Assembly (NCBI GenBank): GCA_002840435.1
Contig: PHAT01000010.1
Coordinates: forward strand, 26,393-90,392
Source of the DNA: Deltaproteobacteria bacterium HGW-Deltaproteobacteria-6
GTDB taxonomy: Bacteria > Desulfobacterota > Syntrophia > Syntrophales > Smithellaceae
Length of the DNA stretch: 64,000 nt
Direction: 5' to 3'
Shown: piece after piece, positions 38,813 to 48,683 of the stretch
Layout: each line of letters starts with the position of its first letter
Numbering within the stretch: the stretch's first letter is position 1
Translations under genes and position numbers: made by a program
The notes under the pieces: model-generated
What the model was told of the DNA's origin: nothing
The model's database searches: none
The model's input: the letters and a program-made list of their open reading frames with translations, nothing else

Positions 38813-38948
38813 CCAAACTGTTGCGTTATTAGTAAAGGTATGAGACGACGCGTTTTAAAGCCTCACATCGTTTAAATTTATTCAGGCAGTGCGAATATTG
38901 AAGCGAATTTTCCAGATGCGTTAACCAAAACCAGTGGAGGTGCTGACG

Positions 38949-39179
38949 ATGAAGGAATTGATCAAGTATATCTCTCAATCTTTAGTTGATAATCCCGACA
39001 AAGTGGAAGTAACTGAAGTCATCGGTGAGCAAACGTCCGTCATTGAGTTGCGTGTGGCAAAGGAAGATTTAGGAAAAGTTATCGGAAAGCAGGGAAGAAC
39101 CGCTAAGGCTATCCGCACGATTTTGAGTGCGACGTCTGCCAAGGTGCATAAACGGGCGGTTCTGGAAATTATTGAATAG
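38949..39179 (+). CDS. KH-domain RNA-binding protein (YlqC/UPF0109 family)
   Basis: It has the KH core [16 protein letters not shown]. Its ATG at 38949 lies 8 nt after GGAGG. The gene sits between rpsP and rimM as in many bacteria. Confidence 0.85.
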   Translation: MKELIKYISQSLVDNPDKVEVTEVIGEQTSVIELRVAKEDLGKVIGKQGRTAKAIRTILSATSAKVHKRAVLEIIE

Positions 39180-39181
39180 CG

Positions 39182-39682
39182 ATGGATCTTTTTGTATTTG
39201 GGAAGATCGTCAAAACGCATGGTCTTCGCGGCTGTCTTAAAGTTCTGTCTTTTCTGGAATCACAAAATATTTTGGACGGACTTGATTTTATTTATCTGGA
39301 ATCAAAGTCCGGCCGAAAAAGCCGTCATGAAGTTAAAAAGATAAATCCTTCCGGGAAATTTCTCTTTCTTGAATTGAAAGATGTTGTGGATGTGGACAAA
39401 GCGCAGGAGTTTGTGGGGGCGTCGTTGTCATTTCCACGGGATTTGCTTGAAGTTCTGCCGGATGATGAATATTACTGGCAGGACATCATCGGACTTGACG
39501 CCTATACAATGGAAGGTCGCCATCTGGGCCGGATCGAGTCAATATTCCCAACAGGGAGTAATGATGTTTATGTTTGCCGGGGAGATGATGGAGAAATTCT
39601 CATTCCGGCAATTGCCGATGCCATCATGCGGATAGACCTTGAAGGACGCAGAATAACCGTAAAACTGCTGGAAGGCCTTTAA
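39182..39682 (+). CDS. rimM: 16S rRNA processing protein RimM
   Basis: It has the N-terminal motif [15 protein letters not shown] and a PRC-barrel C-terminus, and it sits in the conserved position upstream of trmD. Confidence 0.9.
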   Translation: MDLFVFGKIVKTHGLRGCLKVLSFLESQNILDGLDFIYLESKSGRKSRHEVKKINPSGKFLFLELKDVVDVDKAQEFVGASLSFPRDLLEVLPDDEYYWQDIIGLDAYTMEGRHLGRIESIFPTGSNDVYVCRGDDGEILIPAIADAIMRIDLEGRRITVKLLEGL

Positions 39683-39684
39683 CC

Positions 39685-40422
39685 GTGATCCGATTTGATA
39701 TTTTGTCTGTTTTCCCGGAAATGTTGCATTCCCCCCTCCAATTCAGTCTTTTGAAAAAAGCCCAGGAAAAGGGGCTGATCGAAATCGGTCTGCATGATAT
39801 TCGCGATTGGGCGGAAGACAAGCATCACATGACCGATGATGCTCCCTATGGCGGCGGATGCGGGATGGTGATGAAAGTTGAACCGGTGGAGCGGGCGTTG
39901 GCGGCGGTGAAGCGCACGGATGTTCAGTCGCTGGTGATTTTGATGACCCCTCAGGGTGAAAAGTTCAGTCAGAAAATCGCCTCCGAGCTTTCGGAAAAAA
40001 AACACCTCATTTTAATTTGCGGACGTTACGAAGGATTTGATGAGAGAATCAGACAACATCTGGCAGACCGGGAAATATCCATCGGTGATTATATTTTAAC
40101 GGGAGGGGAACTTTCCTCACTGGTAGTCGTCGATGCGGTCTCCCGCTTGATTCCCGGCGTCCTGGGAAACGATGAATCCGCAACGACGGAATCTTTTTCA
40201 GGAGGACTTCTGGAATATCCGCAATATACGAGGCCTGCCGAATATAAAGGATGGTGTGTTCCCGATGTGCTGGTTTCCGGAAATCACGCGCAGATTGAAC
40301 AGTGGCGAAGGATCGAAGCGCTTAAAAGGACCTGGCGCAGAAGGCCGGATTTACTTGAAAAAATAGAATTATCCGGAGAGGATGAAAAGAAATTGGAAAA
40401 AATTAAGCTGGATCAGATATAA
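39685..40422 (+). CDS. trmD: tRNA (guanine37-N1)-methyltransferase
   Basis: It has the motifs [12 protein letters not shown]..., [14 protein letters not shown] and [12 protein letters not shown]. The start codon is GTG. Confidence 0.95.
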   Translation: MIRFDILSVFPEMLHSPLQFSLLKKAQEKGLIEIGLHDIRDWAEDKHHMTDDAPYGGGCGMVMKVEPVERALAAVKRTDVQSLVILMTPQGEKFSQKIASELSEKKHLILICGRYEGFDERIRQHLADREISIGDYILTGGELSSLVVVDAVSRLIPGVLGNDESATTESFSGGLLEYPQYTRPAEYKGWCVPDVLVSGNHAQIEQWRRIEALKRTWRRRPDLLEKIELSGEDEKKLEKIKLDQI

Positions 40423-40515
40423 AGTCTTGATTTTCAGACGGGTTTGCGGTATTTAGGTCAACTTTTTTTATCGGGGTAAATGGTTTCTAATGAAAGATCA
40501 GTCCCCAAAGTGAAT

Positions 40516-41070
40516 ATGCTTTATATCGCTCTTTTACATTATCCGGTGATTAATAAAGAAGGCAAAGTGGTTGCCACAGCCATTGCCAATATGGATATTC
40601 ACGACATCGCCCGAACGGCGAAAACATTCGGGGTGGAGAGATTTTATGTGATTAATCCGATAGCGGCTCAGCGCCTCTTGGCAGGCCACATCACAAGCCA
40701 CTGGCGGGAAGGTTATGGCGCAGGATTCAATCCGTCCAGAAAAGACGCTTTTGAAAAGGTGAGCATCAAATCTGATTTGAATGAAGTGCTTGCCGAAATT
40801 TCTGCAGAGAATGGATGCAAACCGCAAATTATTGTCACGGGGGCTAACTTTCAGGGAGAGGTCTTAACATGTGTTAAACTGAAAGAAGCCCTTGAAAGTA
40901 ATCGATTGCCTTATCTTTTAATTTTTGGTACAGGGTCCGGCATTGCACAGGAAGTAATTGATCTGGCGGATTATCGCCTTGAGCCGATCAGAGGGAAGGA
41001 CGGTTATAATCATCTGGCGGTAAGGTCCGCCGTTGCCGTTATTCTGGACAGGGTTGTAGAAATATCATAA
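40516..41070 (+). CDS. SPOUT-like putative RNA methyltransferase (TM1570-like protein of the trmD operon)
   Basis: The translation ([46 protein letters not shown]...[14 protein letters not shown]) shows an alpha/beta-knot-like pattern. Its position between trmD and rplS matches my recollection of Thermotoga TM1570. The start is uncertain (40480-40516). Confidence 0.5.
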   Translation: MLYIALLHYPVINKEGKVVATAIANMDIHDIARTAKTFGVERFYVINPIAAQRLLAGHITSHWREGYGAGFNPSRKDAFEKVSIKSDLNEVLAEISAENGCKPQIIVTGANFQGEVLTCVKLKEALESNRLPYLLIFGTGSGIAQEVIDLADYRLEPIRGKDGYNHLAVRSAVAVILDRVVEIS

Positions 41071-41105
41071 AAAAATATTGCGAGTGTCGCGGGAGGAAAT
41101 ATAAA

Positions 41106-41453
41106 ATGAATGTTTTGGAAATGATTGAAAAAGAACAGATGAGAGGGGATATTCCCGCTTTTAAAACGGGTGATACCGTTAAAGTATATGTGCGCATCAT
41201 CGAAGGTCAGAAACAGAGAATTCAGGCTTTTGAAGGTGTTGTGATCCGCAAACGCCGCGGCAACAGCCGGGCGAATTTCACCGTCAGAAAAGTTTCCTAT
41301 GGTATTGGTGTAGAAAGAACATTTCCCATGCATTCGCCGGTTATTGACCGTGTTGAAGTCGTGACCAGGGGCTTGGTGCGCCGTTCACGTCTGTATTATT
41401 TGAGAAACCTCAGAGGCAAAAAAGCAAGAATCAAGGAAGCGGCCAACAACTAA
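41106..41453 (+). CDS. rplS: 50S ribosomal protein L19
   Basis: The translation ...[32 protein letters not shown] is canonical L19. Confidence 0.95.
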   Translation: MNVLEMIEKEQMRGDIPAFKTGDTVKVYVRIIEGQKQRIQAFEGVVIRKRRGNSRANFTVRKVSYGIGVERTFPMHSPVIDRVEVVTRGLVRRSRLYYLRNLRGKKARIKEAANN

Positions 41454-41613
41454 GACTGCTCCATCTTTGCTGCAAACATGCGTGGCTTGCCATGAGGGCG
41501 CCTTGATTTGAGGATCGTTATGCGCCGGGTCATTCGTTCAGGTATGGATGAAGCCCGGCGGATGATATCGCACAGGTCTTAATCAGGCAGAAAGGCTCCT
41601 TCATCTTTTTGCG

Positions 41614-42234
41614 ATGAATACATTCGAAAAGCTTGCTTATGATGAAGGCTACCGATGCATCGCGGGCGTTGACGAAGCAGGTCGAGGACCGCTGGCCGGA
41701 CCTGTTGTCGCCGCGGCAGTCATCTTTCCTCCCCATTATCAAAACTCCGAAATTAATGATTCTAAAAAACTAACCTCCCGCAAAAGGGATGAACTCTACA
41801 AGGTCATCCTGAGTGAGGCCGTCGGCGTCGGGGTGGGGGTCGCTGAAGCCGATGTGATAGACCGGATCAATATTCTCCAGGCGTCGCTTCAGGCGATGTA
41901 TGAAGCGGTTCTCGAGCTTTCGGTTTCTCCCGATTTTCTCCTGGTCGACGGTTTATACACCATTGCAGTCAACGCGCCGCAGAAGGCGCTGGTGAAAGGT
42001 GATTCGCTGAGCATGTCCATTGCCGCGGCGTCCATCATTGCAAAGGTGTCGCGGGACAGAATTATGGAGATCTATCACCGCCAGTTTCCTCAATACAATT
42101 TTCTGCAAAACAAGGGATACGGCACCGCCGAGCATCGAAAAATTCTTCGAGAAATCGGTATGTGTAAAATCCATCGCCGGTCGTTTCATCTTAAAAATGA
42201 AGATATTCATCAAACCATCCTGGACTGGTCCTGA
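41614..42234 (+). CDS. rnhB: ribonuclease HII
   Basis: It has the motifs GVDEAGRGPLAGPVVAAAV, DSKKL and the C-terminal GYGTAEH. Confidence 0.95.
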   Translation: MNTFEKLAYDEGYRCIAGVDEAGRGPLAGPVVAAAVIFPPHYQNSEINDSKKLTSRKRDELYKVILSEAVGVGVGVAEADVIDRINILQASLQAMYEAVLELSVSPDFLLVDGLYTIAVNAPQKALVKGDSLSMSIAAASIIAKVSRDRIMEIYHRQFPQYNFLQNKGYGTAEHRKILREIGMCKIHRRSFHLKNEDIHQTILDWS

Positions 42235-42617
42235 TGAACGAAGAAAAAGACAGAGGGAAAATAGCCACAGGAAAAAAGGGAGAAAACCTTGCCGCTGATT
42301 TTTTGAAAAAAAGCGGCTATAAGATCGTTGAAGTCAATTATCGTTGCCCGATCGGTGAAATCGATATTGTGGCCCGGGATCAGAAAGAGATGGTTTTTGT
42401 GGAAGTCAAAGCCAGAAAATCCAGTGCGCTGGGTTATCCCGAGGAGGCGGTGGGTATCAAAAAACAGAAAAAAATGTCACAACTGGCCCGTTGGTATCTT
42501 CAGGAAAAAAAAATAAACGACACCGATGCCCGTTTTGATGTAGTGGCCATCCTGATGCTGCCTTCCGGCAACGACATTCGTCTGATCAGGAACGCTTTCG
42601 ATTTTATCTCATTTTAA
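42234..42617 (+). CDS. yraN: YraN-family (UPF0102) endonuclease-like protein
   Basis: The translation GEIDIVARDQKEMVFVEVKAR...FDVVAI shows the restriction-endonuclease-like D-EVK motif. The gene follows rnhB as in many genomes. Confidence 0.85.
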   Translation: MNEEKDRGKIATGKKGENLAADFLKKSGYKIVEVNYRCPIGEIDIVARDQKEMVFVEVKARKSSALGYPEEAVGIKKQKKMSQLARWYLQEKKINDTDARFDVVAILMLPSGNDIRLIRNAFDFISF

Positions 42618-42625
42618 AATATTAC

Positions 42626-42746
42626 CCCGGTTCTAAATCAAAGATGATATCGCGGCGGCTAGGAGGAGGCGACGAGGCGTATTAGCTATACGTTGAGGAA
42701 GCCGACGACAACGCCAACAAAGATAGCGCTTTGATTTAGAATCGGG
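42626..42746. repeat. 18-nt inverted repeat flanking an 85-nt GC-rich spacer (long hairpin between convergent genes)
   Basis: cccggttctaaatcaaag (42626-42643) pairs with ctttgatttagaatcggg (42729-42746) with one mismatch. The spacer contains an inner cgtat-tagct-atacg hairpin. Confidence 0.5.
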
Positions 42747-42747
42747 A

Positions 42748-44124
42748 TTAAAGACGGCTCAAGGCCGGCTTCCCGATAGGAAACACATTAAAACCTATTT
42801 CAAAACACTTTTGCTGATCGATGATATTGCGGCCGTCAAAGATAAACGCCGGTTTGATCATCGATTTGTATATTTTACGGTAATCCAGTTTGCGATATAG
42901 ATCCCAATCGGTCATGATGGCCAGTGCATGACAGCCCGCGGCTGCGCGGTAGGGATCTTCAATATAGCTGATTTTCCCGTCAACCTGTGCCATGTCAATG
43001 GCGGCATTGGTGAGCGCTTTGGGATCGGAAATAACCACTTCGGCATGTTCCGCCAGCAGCTTGCATGCAATATTGATCGCCGGGCTTTCACGCGTGTCCC
43101 CGGTATCCGCCTTGAAGGCAAAACCCAATATACAGATTTTCTTTCCGGCCAGCGTGTTAAACATGGCATTCAGGATAGTCTGAATAAACCGTTCCTGCTG
43201 ATATTCATTGATCTTGACGACGCTTTCCCAATAAGCGGCAACTTCCGGCAGACCGTAATAACTGCAGAGATAGACAAGATTTAAAATGTCTTTTTTGAAG
43301 CAGGAACCGCCAAAACCGATGCCGGCTTTGAGAAACTTACCGCCAATGCGGCTGTCCATGCCGACAGCTCTCGCGACTTCGGATATGTCGGCATCCGCTT
43401 TCTCGCAGAGAGCGGATATGGAATTGATTGATGAGACTCGCTGCGCCAGAAAAGCGTTGGCAACCAGTTTGGATAATTCCGAACTCCAGATATTGGATGT
43501 GATAATTCTTTCCGGGGAAATCCAGCGCGCGTATATTTCCACCAGTTCCGCGCGGGCTTTGAGTCCTGTTCTGGTTTCCCGGGACCCGATCAGGACGCGG
43601 TCGGGATTTTCCAGGTCGCCAATGGCTGTTCCTTCCGCCATGAATTCAGGATTGGAAAGCACCTCGAAGGTGATCTTACCTTTCCCGGATGCCAGTATCC
43701 GCTCCATGGCCAGGGCTGTTTTTACCGGCAGGGTGCTTTTCTCAATGACGATTTTTGAAGATTGGGAATTTTCCAGAATCAGTCTGGCCGTTTTTTCCCA
43801 GTATTGCAGGTCGGCGGCCATGCCTGCGCCCGTTCCGAACGTTTTAGTCGGTGTATTAACGCTGACAAAGATAATATCATTTTCTTTAATCTGATGTTCG
43901 ATGTCTTTTGTAAAAAATAAATTTTTGCCGCGTGTTTTCCGGACGATTTCATCGAGTCCCGGTTCATAGACGGGAAGCTGACTGGAATTCCAGGCGTCGA
44001 TTCGCTGATGGTTAATATCTACGACAGTGATTTTGTAGTCAGGACATTTGCAGGCAATCATGGCCATCGAAGGAGCGCCGACATAACCTGCCCCGATACA
44101 AAGAATTTTCTTTTTGAATTTCAT
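42748..44124 (-). CDS. ugd: UDP-glucose 6-dehydrogenase
   Basis: It has the N-terminal motif ILCIGAGYVGAPSMA and the catalytic Cys context GFGGSCFKKD. The product is 458 aa. Confidence 0.9.
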   Translation of the reverse strand: MKFKKKILCIGAGYVGAPSMAMIACKCPDYKITVVDINHQRIDAWNSSQLPVYEPGLDEIVRKTRGKNLFFTKDIEHQIKENDIIFVSVNTPTKTFGTGAGMAADLQYWEKTARLILENSQSSKIVIEKSTLPVKTALAMERILASGKGKITFEVLSNPEFMAEGTAIGDLENPDRVLIGSRETRTGLKARAELVEIYARWISPERIITSNIWSSELSKLVANAFLAQRVSSINSISALCEKADADISEVARAVGMDSRIGGKFLKAGIGFGGSCFKKDILNLVYLCSYYGLPEVAAYWESVVKINEYQQERFIQTILNAMFNTLAGKKICILGFAFKADTGDTRESPAINIACKLLAEHAEVVISDPKALTNAAIDMAQVDGKISYIEDPYRAAAGCHALAIMTDWDLYRKLDYRKIYKSMIKPAFIFDGRNIIDQQKCFEIGFNVFPIGKPALSRL

Positions 44125-44150
44125 GTTTCCAGATTATCCCTTCACTTTTT

Positions 44151-45092
44151 TTAAGAAGATTTTAAGATGTCGCGAAAATATTGAATGGTCGTGGCCAAAC
44201 CCTGCGTGAGCGCGATCTTCGGTTGCCAGCCCAATTTGGTTTCCGCAAGCGCAATATCGGGCCTGCGCTGGGCCGGGTCATCCGCGGGGAGTGGTTGAAA
44301 ATCGATTTTTGAGCTGCTGCCCGTTAAATCGATGATCGTCCGGGCTAATTGCAGGATGGTGAATTCACCGGGGTTGCCGATATTAACCGGTCCATAAAAA
44401 TCATCGGCGGAGTTCATCATCCTGATTAACCCGTCAATCAAATCATCGCAATAACAGAATGAACGGGTATGATTTCCGTTTCCGTAAATGGTGATATCTT
44501 TGCCTTGGAGCGCCTGAATAATAAAATTGCTGACGACGCGTCCGTCATTAACGGCCATGCGCGGCCCATAGGTATTGAAGATGCGGACGATTTTGGTGTT
44601 GACGGCATTTTGCCGGCGGTAGTCCATCATCAGGCATTCAGCGGCTCTTTTGCCTTCGTCGTAACAGCTGCGGATCCCGATGGGATTGACGCGTCCCCAA
44701 TAGGATTCCGTTTGAGGATGGACATCCGGATCACCATACACTTCCGACGTTGATGCCTGAAGGATTTTCGCTTTGGTTCTTTTGGCAATGCCCAGGACAT
44801 TGATTGCGCCCATGACATTGGTCTTGATGGTTTTGATGGGATTGAACTGATAATGGACGGGTGAGGCCGGACAGGCCAGATTGTAAATTTCGTCCACTTC
44901 CAGGTAAATGGGATTGATGATATCGTGGCGAATCAGTTCGAAGTGCGGATGACCCATCAGTTGGATGATATTATTCTTACTGCCGGTAAAAAAATTATCC
45001 AGACAGACGATGTCGTTTCCTTCTTTTAAAAGCCGTTCACAAAGATGGGAACCTAAAAATCCCGCGCCGCCGGTAATTAATATTCGTTTCAT
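44151..45092 (-). CDS. UDP-glucuronate decarboxylase (UDP-xylose synthase)
   Basis: It is an SDR with [20 protein letters not shown] (YxxxK) and high UXS-like conservation ([17 protein letters not shown]). It lies directly downstream of ugd. An alternative TTG start is at 45101. Confidence 0.85.
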   Translation of the reverse strand: MKRILITGGAGFLGSHLCERLLKEGNDIVCLDNFFTGSKNNIIQLMGHPHFELIRHDIINPIYLEVDEIYNLACPASPVHYQFNPIKTIKTNVMGAINVLGIAKRTKAKILQASTSEVYGDPDVHPQTESYWGRVNPIGIRSCYDEGKRAAECLMMDYRRQNAVNTKIVRIFNTYGPRMAVNDGRVVSNFIIQALQGKDITIYGNGNHTRSFCYCDDLIDGLIRMMNSADDFYGPVNIGNPGEFTILQLARTIIDLTGSSSKIDFQPLPADDPAQRRPDIALAETKLGWQPKIALTQGLATTIQYFRDILKSS

Positions 45093-45195
45093 TACTTCCA
45101 ACTGTCATTCATGGTAGTATTTTATTATTTTCTTTGCTATTAAAGCCGAAACAAGTCATGGATGTCAACAACAAAAAGTGCTTGAAGATAATTGT

Positions 45196-46065
45196 ATGAA
45201 CAAAAGCGCAGGTGAAAAGCAGGGGACCCTTTACATGGTGGCTACTCCAATCGGCAACCTGGAGGATATTACCCTGCGGGCGCTTCGCATATTAAAAGAA
45301 GTCGACCTGATCGCCGCGGAAGACACGCGTCATTCCAGAATTCTGCTTTCCGCCTATAACATCAAGACGCCTCTGATCAGCCTGCATGAGCATAATGAGA
45401 AGGAAAGAAGCGCACTCGTTGTTTCCAGAATAGAACAGGGGATGAGTGTCGCTTATATTTCTGATGCCGGCACGCCGTGTATTTCCGATCCGGGACACCA
45501 TCTGGTTAATTTGGCGCTCACCAGCAAAATCAGCGTGGTTCCGGTTCCGGGATCTTCCGCTTTAATTACGGCCTTGTCCGTCTGCGGTTTTCCCGCAGAT
45601 CAGTTTTCGTTTTACGGATTTTTGCCGCCTAAAGAAAATAAGCGCCGCCGGTTCTTGGAGGCTATCGGGGACGAAGAGAAAACGGTTATATTCTATGAAT
45701 CCCCAGCCAGAATCATGGAGACGCTGAAAGATGTTTACGACATATTGGGCGACAGGTCAATCGTTGTGGCACGCGAATTGACCAAGGTGTTTGAAGAGAT
45801 TAAGCGGGGGCGGATTTCAGATATCTTATTACAGGCGCCCCTTGGCAAGGCAAAAGGAGAATTTACAGTCATTCTGCAGGGAGTTTCCCGGATGCCTGTT
45901 TCGCTTACGGATGATCAAATTCGGGAAAGTCTCCTGCTGCTATGGGAGGAAAGCCCCATGTCGTTACGTGATGCCGTTGCGGAAGTCGTGCGGCAAACCG
46001 GATTATCCAGGAAAAAAATTTACGATATAGCTGTCAAAATTCGCCCGTCCACCCATCGGGATTGA
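45196..46065 (+). CDS. rsmI: 16S rRNA (cytidine1402-2'-O)-methyltransferase
   Basis: The translation GTLYMVATPIGNLEDITLRALRILKEVDLIAAEDTRHS is canonical for the RsmI tetrapyrrole-methylase fold. Confidence 0.9.
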   Translation: MNKSAGEKQGTLYMVATPIGNLEDITLRALRILKEVDLIAAEDTRHSRILLSAYNIKTPLISLHEHNEKERSALVVSRIEQGMSVAYISDAGTPCISDPGHHLVNLALTSKISVVPVPGSSALITALSVCGFPADQFSFYGFLPPKENKRRRFLEAIGDEEKTVIFYESPARIMETLKDVYDILGDRSIVVARELTKVFEEIKRGRISDILLQAPLGKAKGEFTVILQGVSRMPVSLTDDQIRESLLLLWEESPMSLRDAVAEVVRQTGLSRKKIYDIAVKIRPSTHRD

Positions 46066-46169
46066 CGTCCGGCGCCCTGCATATATTGCTTGAAGAGTTG
46101 CCTGCACTATGGTAACTCCATGGCAAAATCAATAGAAAACTAATAATTCTATTAGCGTGGCGCGGGTCA

Positions 46170-46547
46170 GTGGAGAGCAAAAAAATGGTTGAAGATACCG
46201 GGACAGTTCAGGATAAGAAAATTTACGAACTGACCGAAATAGTCGATGACCGGGATGGACAAAATCGTAATCTGCCGGATGGAAAAAAATCCCAACCCGT
46301 TATTGTGGTTGATGGCCGAGGATATGAACGTGTTAAATCGAATGGCCATCATATCCATGATCTGACGGATGTTGTCGAGGATGTTCCTTCAGTCGATCAG
46401 ATAAACGAAGCGGTCCTGAGACGGGCGTCGGAAATCATCGAAAAAATTGCGCGGGAAATTGTTCCCGATATTGCCGAACGAGTGATAAGAGAAGAAATAG
46501 AAAAAATAAAGGGAATGGGTAAAGATCATTCTGCCAAACAGGATTAG
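46170..46547 (+). CDS. small acidic hypothetical protein with repeated (E/D)LT(E/D)(I/V)V(D/E)D motifs and a PopZ/DUF2497-like C-terminal helix
   Basis: The 125-aa product has YELTEIVDD and HDLTDVVED repeats. Its C-terminus IAREIVPDIAERVIREEIEKIKG resembles the ...LPRIVE.KVEEEVQRISRG end of PopZ by eye. There is no signal peptide. Confidence 0.45.
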   Translation: MESKKMVEDTGTVQDKKIYELTEIVDDRDGQNRNLPDGKKSQPVIVVDGRGYERVKSNGHHIHDLTDVVEDVPSVDQINEAVLRRASEIIEKIAREIVPDIAERVIREEIEKIKGMGKDHSAKQD

Positions 46548-46550
46548 GTT

Positions 46551-47234
46551 ATGAGAAAAAACCTTTTACTGATATTTCTTTTACTGATAGTGCCTTTCCC
46601 TGATTCGGCTTATGCCGGCCAGATATTGACCCATTGGAGTATTCAGGTTGAAGGGACCGCTCCGGTCATTAAAAATGATGTCGCCTCTGCCCGTGAAGAG
46701 GCTGTTAAAAACGCCCTGGAAAAAGCAATTATACAGGCGGCAGCCAAAATCCTGCCGGATAAATTTGAAGATGAGAAATCCCAGGCCGTGAAAAGCGTTA
46801 TGATCGATAAAACCGATCGATATGTAAAAAACTATCGGATGATTTCGGAAAACAGACAGCATGATGATTATTCTGTCAAGGTGAATGTTGTAGTGGCGTT
46901 AGCGGCGGTCAGGGATGATTTGATGCAAATGGGCCTGCTTCAGAGGCAAGGAGAAAAAGAAAGCCGTTCCGTCACTTTATTTTTAACGAGTGTTAACAAA
47001 TATTCGGATTTTGCCCGCATAAAAACATTTTTACAAAATCGTCCGAAAATAGTAAAAAGCATCTATCCTTGTCATTTGGAATGGAAACAGGTTCAGTTTG
47101 ATCTTGCTGTTGTCGGATCTGTCAAAAATCTGGTATCCGAACTTGAAAAAACGGGAAGATATTCACTGGCAGCGCCTGAGAAAAATCAGGGTGGCGCTGA
47201 GATTATTTTACAGGTCAAAGAGGAGGTACCATGA
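46551..47234 (+). CDS. secreted hypothetical protein (FlgT-N/LPP20-like N-terminal domain?)
   Basis: It has a signal peptide (LLLIFLLLIVPFPDSAYA). The mature N-terminus (VEGTAPVIKNDVASAREEAVKNALEKAIIQAA) resembles FlgT_N-type domains. The assignment is tentative. Confidence 0.45.
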   Translation: MRKNLLLIFLLLIVPFPDSAYAGQILTHWSIQVEGTAPVIKNDVASAREEAVKNALEKAIIQAAAKILPDKFEDEKSQAVKSVMIDKTDRYVKNYRMISENRQHDDYSVKVNVVVALAAVRDDLMQMGLLQRQGEKESRSVTLFLTSVNKYSDFARIKTFLQNRPKIVKSIYPCHLEWKQVQFDLAVVGSVKNLVSELEKTGRYSLAAPEKNQGGAEIILQVKEEVP

Positions 47235-47830
47235 AAGTCCATAACATTATTTTTAATTTGTTGATAATATTTTGCTTATGCCTGTTTGCTTGTTCATCGC
47301 ATGCGCCTGCTGTGTCGAAAAACAATCAAGATCAGAAAGCAGTGAACATTATCGCTCTGTTGCCTGTGGAGAACCATGATGCAGACACGAGGGCTTCAAA
47401 AATGCTGCGGACAAAATTATGGAATGAACTCCGCTTTAAAGGTTATCCTCAAATAGCAACTGATTTGATTGACAGTAAGCTGATGCTTTTGACTGGCGGC
47501 AAAGAACTAAAAAATAATGATGTTATCCCACCGAAGATGATAGACGAGTTGCTGGGTGCGGATGCCGCTATGTACTGTTCGATGCAGCAGAGTAAGATAT
47601 CAACAAGATTTTTCTATTCGCCGGTAACTGTTTCTGTCCGATGCGAATTACGCAGCACGAAGACAGGTGAGGCACTTTGGAACGCCCAATACAAATCGAC
47701 AAACACAAGTTTTGATTTGATTCGTACGAGACTTGAAATGAAAGCCCGCGGGGATTTGGAAGCTTCACTGGAAGAGGTAGTCGGTAAAGTCATGGAAACA
47801 TTGCCGTATGGACCGAAATTAAGAGGATAA
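47231..47830 (+). CDS. lipoprotein, DUF799/GNA1162-like (tentative)
   Basis: It has the lipobox LFAC|S. The mature part (IALLPVENHDADTRAS...) resembles the GNA1162-family pattern. Its start overlaps the previous stop (ATGA). Confidence 0.5.
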   Translation: MKVHNIIFNLLIIFCLCLFACSSHAPAVSKNNQDQKAVNIIALLPVENHDADTRASKMLRTKLWNELRFKGYPQIATDLIDSKLMLLTGGKELKNNDVIPPKMIDELLGADAAMYCSMQQSKISTRFFYSPVTVSVRCELRSTKTGEALWNAQYKSTNTSFDLIRTRLEMKARGDLEASLEEVVGKVMETLPYGPKLRG

Positions 47831-47893
47831 TTTCTTGATTTTCGAAGGAACTTTAAGAAAGCCTTTATGAGGGAGATACATAAGGAGAACCCA

Positions 47894-48676
47894 ATGAAAA
47901 AATTGATCACAATTATCTCTTCAGCAATTCTGGTGCTGGTTTTTTTCACCGCTGCTCAGGCTAAGCCGCCGGTAACCGTCAAAATGGCAAAAGGACAGGC
48001 GCAGATCACTGTGTTGACGGGAAAGGCAGAGGCTGTTTGTGCGGGGCAGAAAGCAGTCCGTTATCTTAAAACCAATGATTCTGTTGCTGCCGGGTGCGAA
48101 GTATCGACAGGTGCGGGAAGCCGGTTAGAGATGGTTCTTCCAGATAGAAGTGTTGTTCGTTTTTCAGAAAATACGCAGTTCAAACTTGTCCAGGCTGATA
48201 TTAAAAATAACGGCAGGCGCGCTGTCGGAATTTCCGTGACAATCGGCAAAATCTGGACGAACGTGCGTAAATCTCTGCCGGGCGGGGGGGATAAATTTGA
48301 GATTTCCTGTCAAAATGCCGTCGCCGGCGTTCGTGGAACTATTTACCGCATGGATGTTGAAGTCGACCAGTCTGCGCTGGTAAAAGTATATGATGGCGAG
48401 GTCAGTGTGGCAGGTGCTTCCAGGAAGCAGCCCTCGGCCGTTTCCGCTGTCGGACCGCCCAAGCCCGTTGCCGGGCCAAGTGTGATTGAAGGTCCCAAAC
48501 CCGTGTCGATGGAGCAGTGGGTGTACATTGTTAAGTCGATGCAGCAGATTCGTGTTGCCTCTGATGGTAAACCCCAAAAACCTGAAGATTTTACGGAAGC
48601 GTCTGAGCAGATGGACAGTTGGGTAAACTGGAATAAGAGCAGAGATAAAAAAACCGAAGACATGCAACAGCGCTGA
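47894..48676 (+). CDS. FecR-domain periplasmic protein
   Basis: It has a signal peptide (ILVLVFFTAAQA) and a FecR-like beta-rich region (GCEVSTGAGSRLEMVLPDRSVVRFSENTQFKL...VRGTIYRM). Its ATG at 47894 follows AAGGAGAA. Confidence 0.6.
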   Translation: MKKLITIISSAILVLVFFTAAQAKPPVTVKMAKGQAQITVLTGKAEAVCAGQKAVRYLKTNDSVAAGCEVSTGAGSRLEMVLPDRSVVRFSENTQFKLVQADIKNNGRRAVGISVTIGKIWTNVRKSLPGGGDKFEISCQNAVAGVRGTIYRMDVEVDQSALVKVYDGEVSVAGASRKQPSAVSAVGPPKPVAGPSVIEGPKPVSMEQWVYIVKSMQQIRVASDGKPQKPEDFTEASEQMDSWVNWNKSRDKKTEDMQQR

Positions 48677-48683
48677 ACGATAG

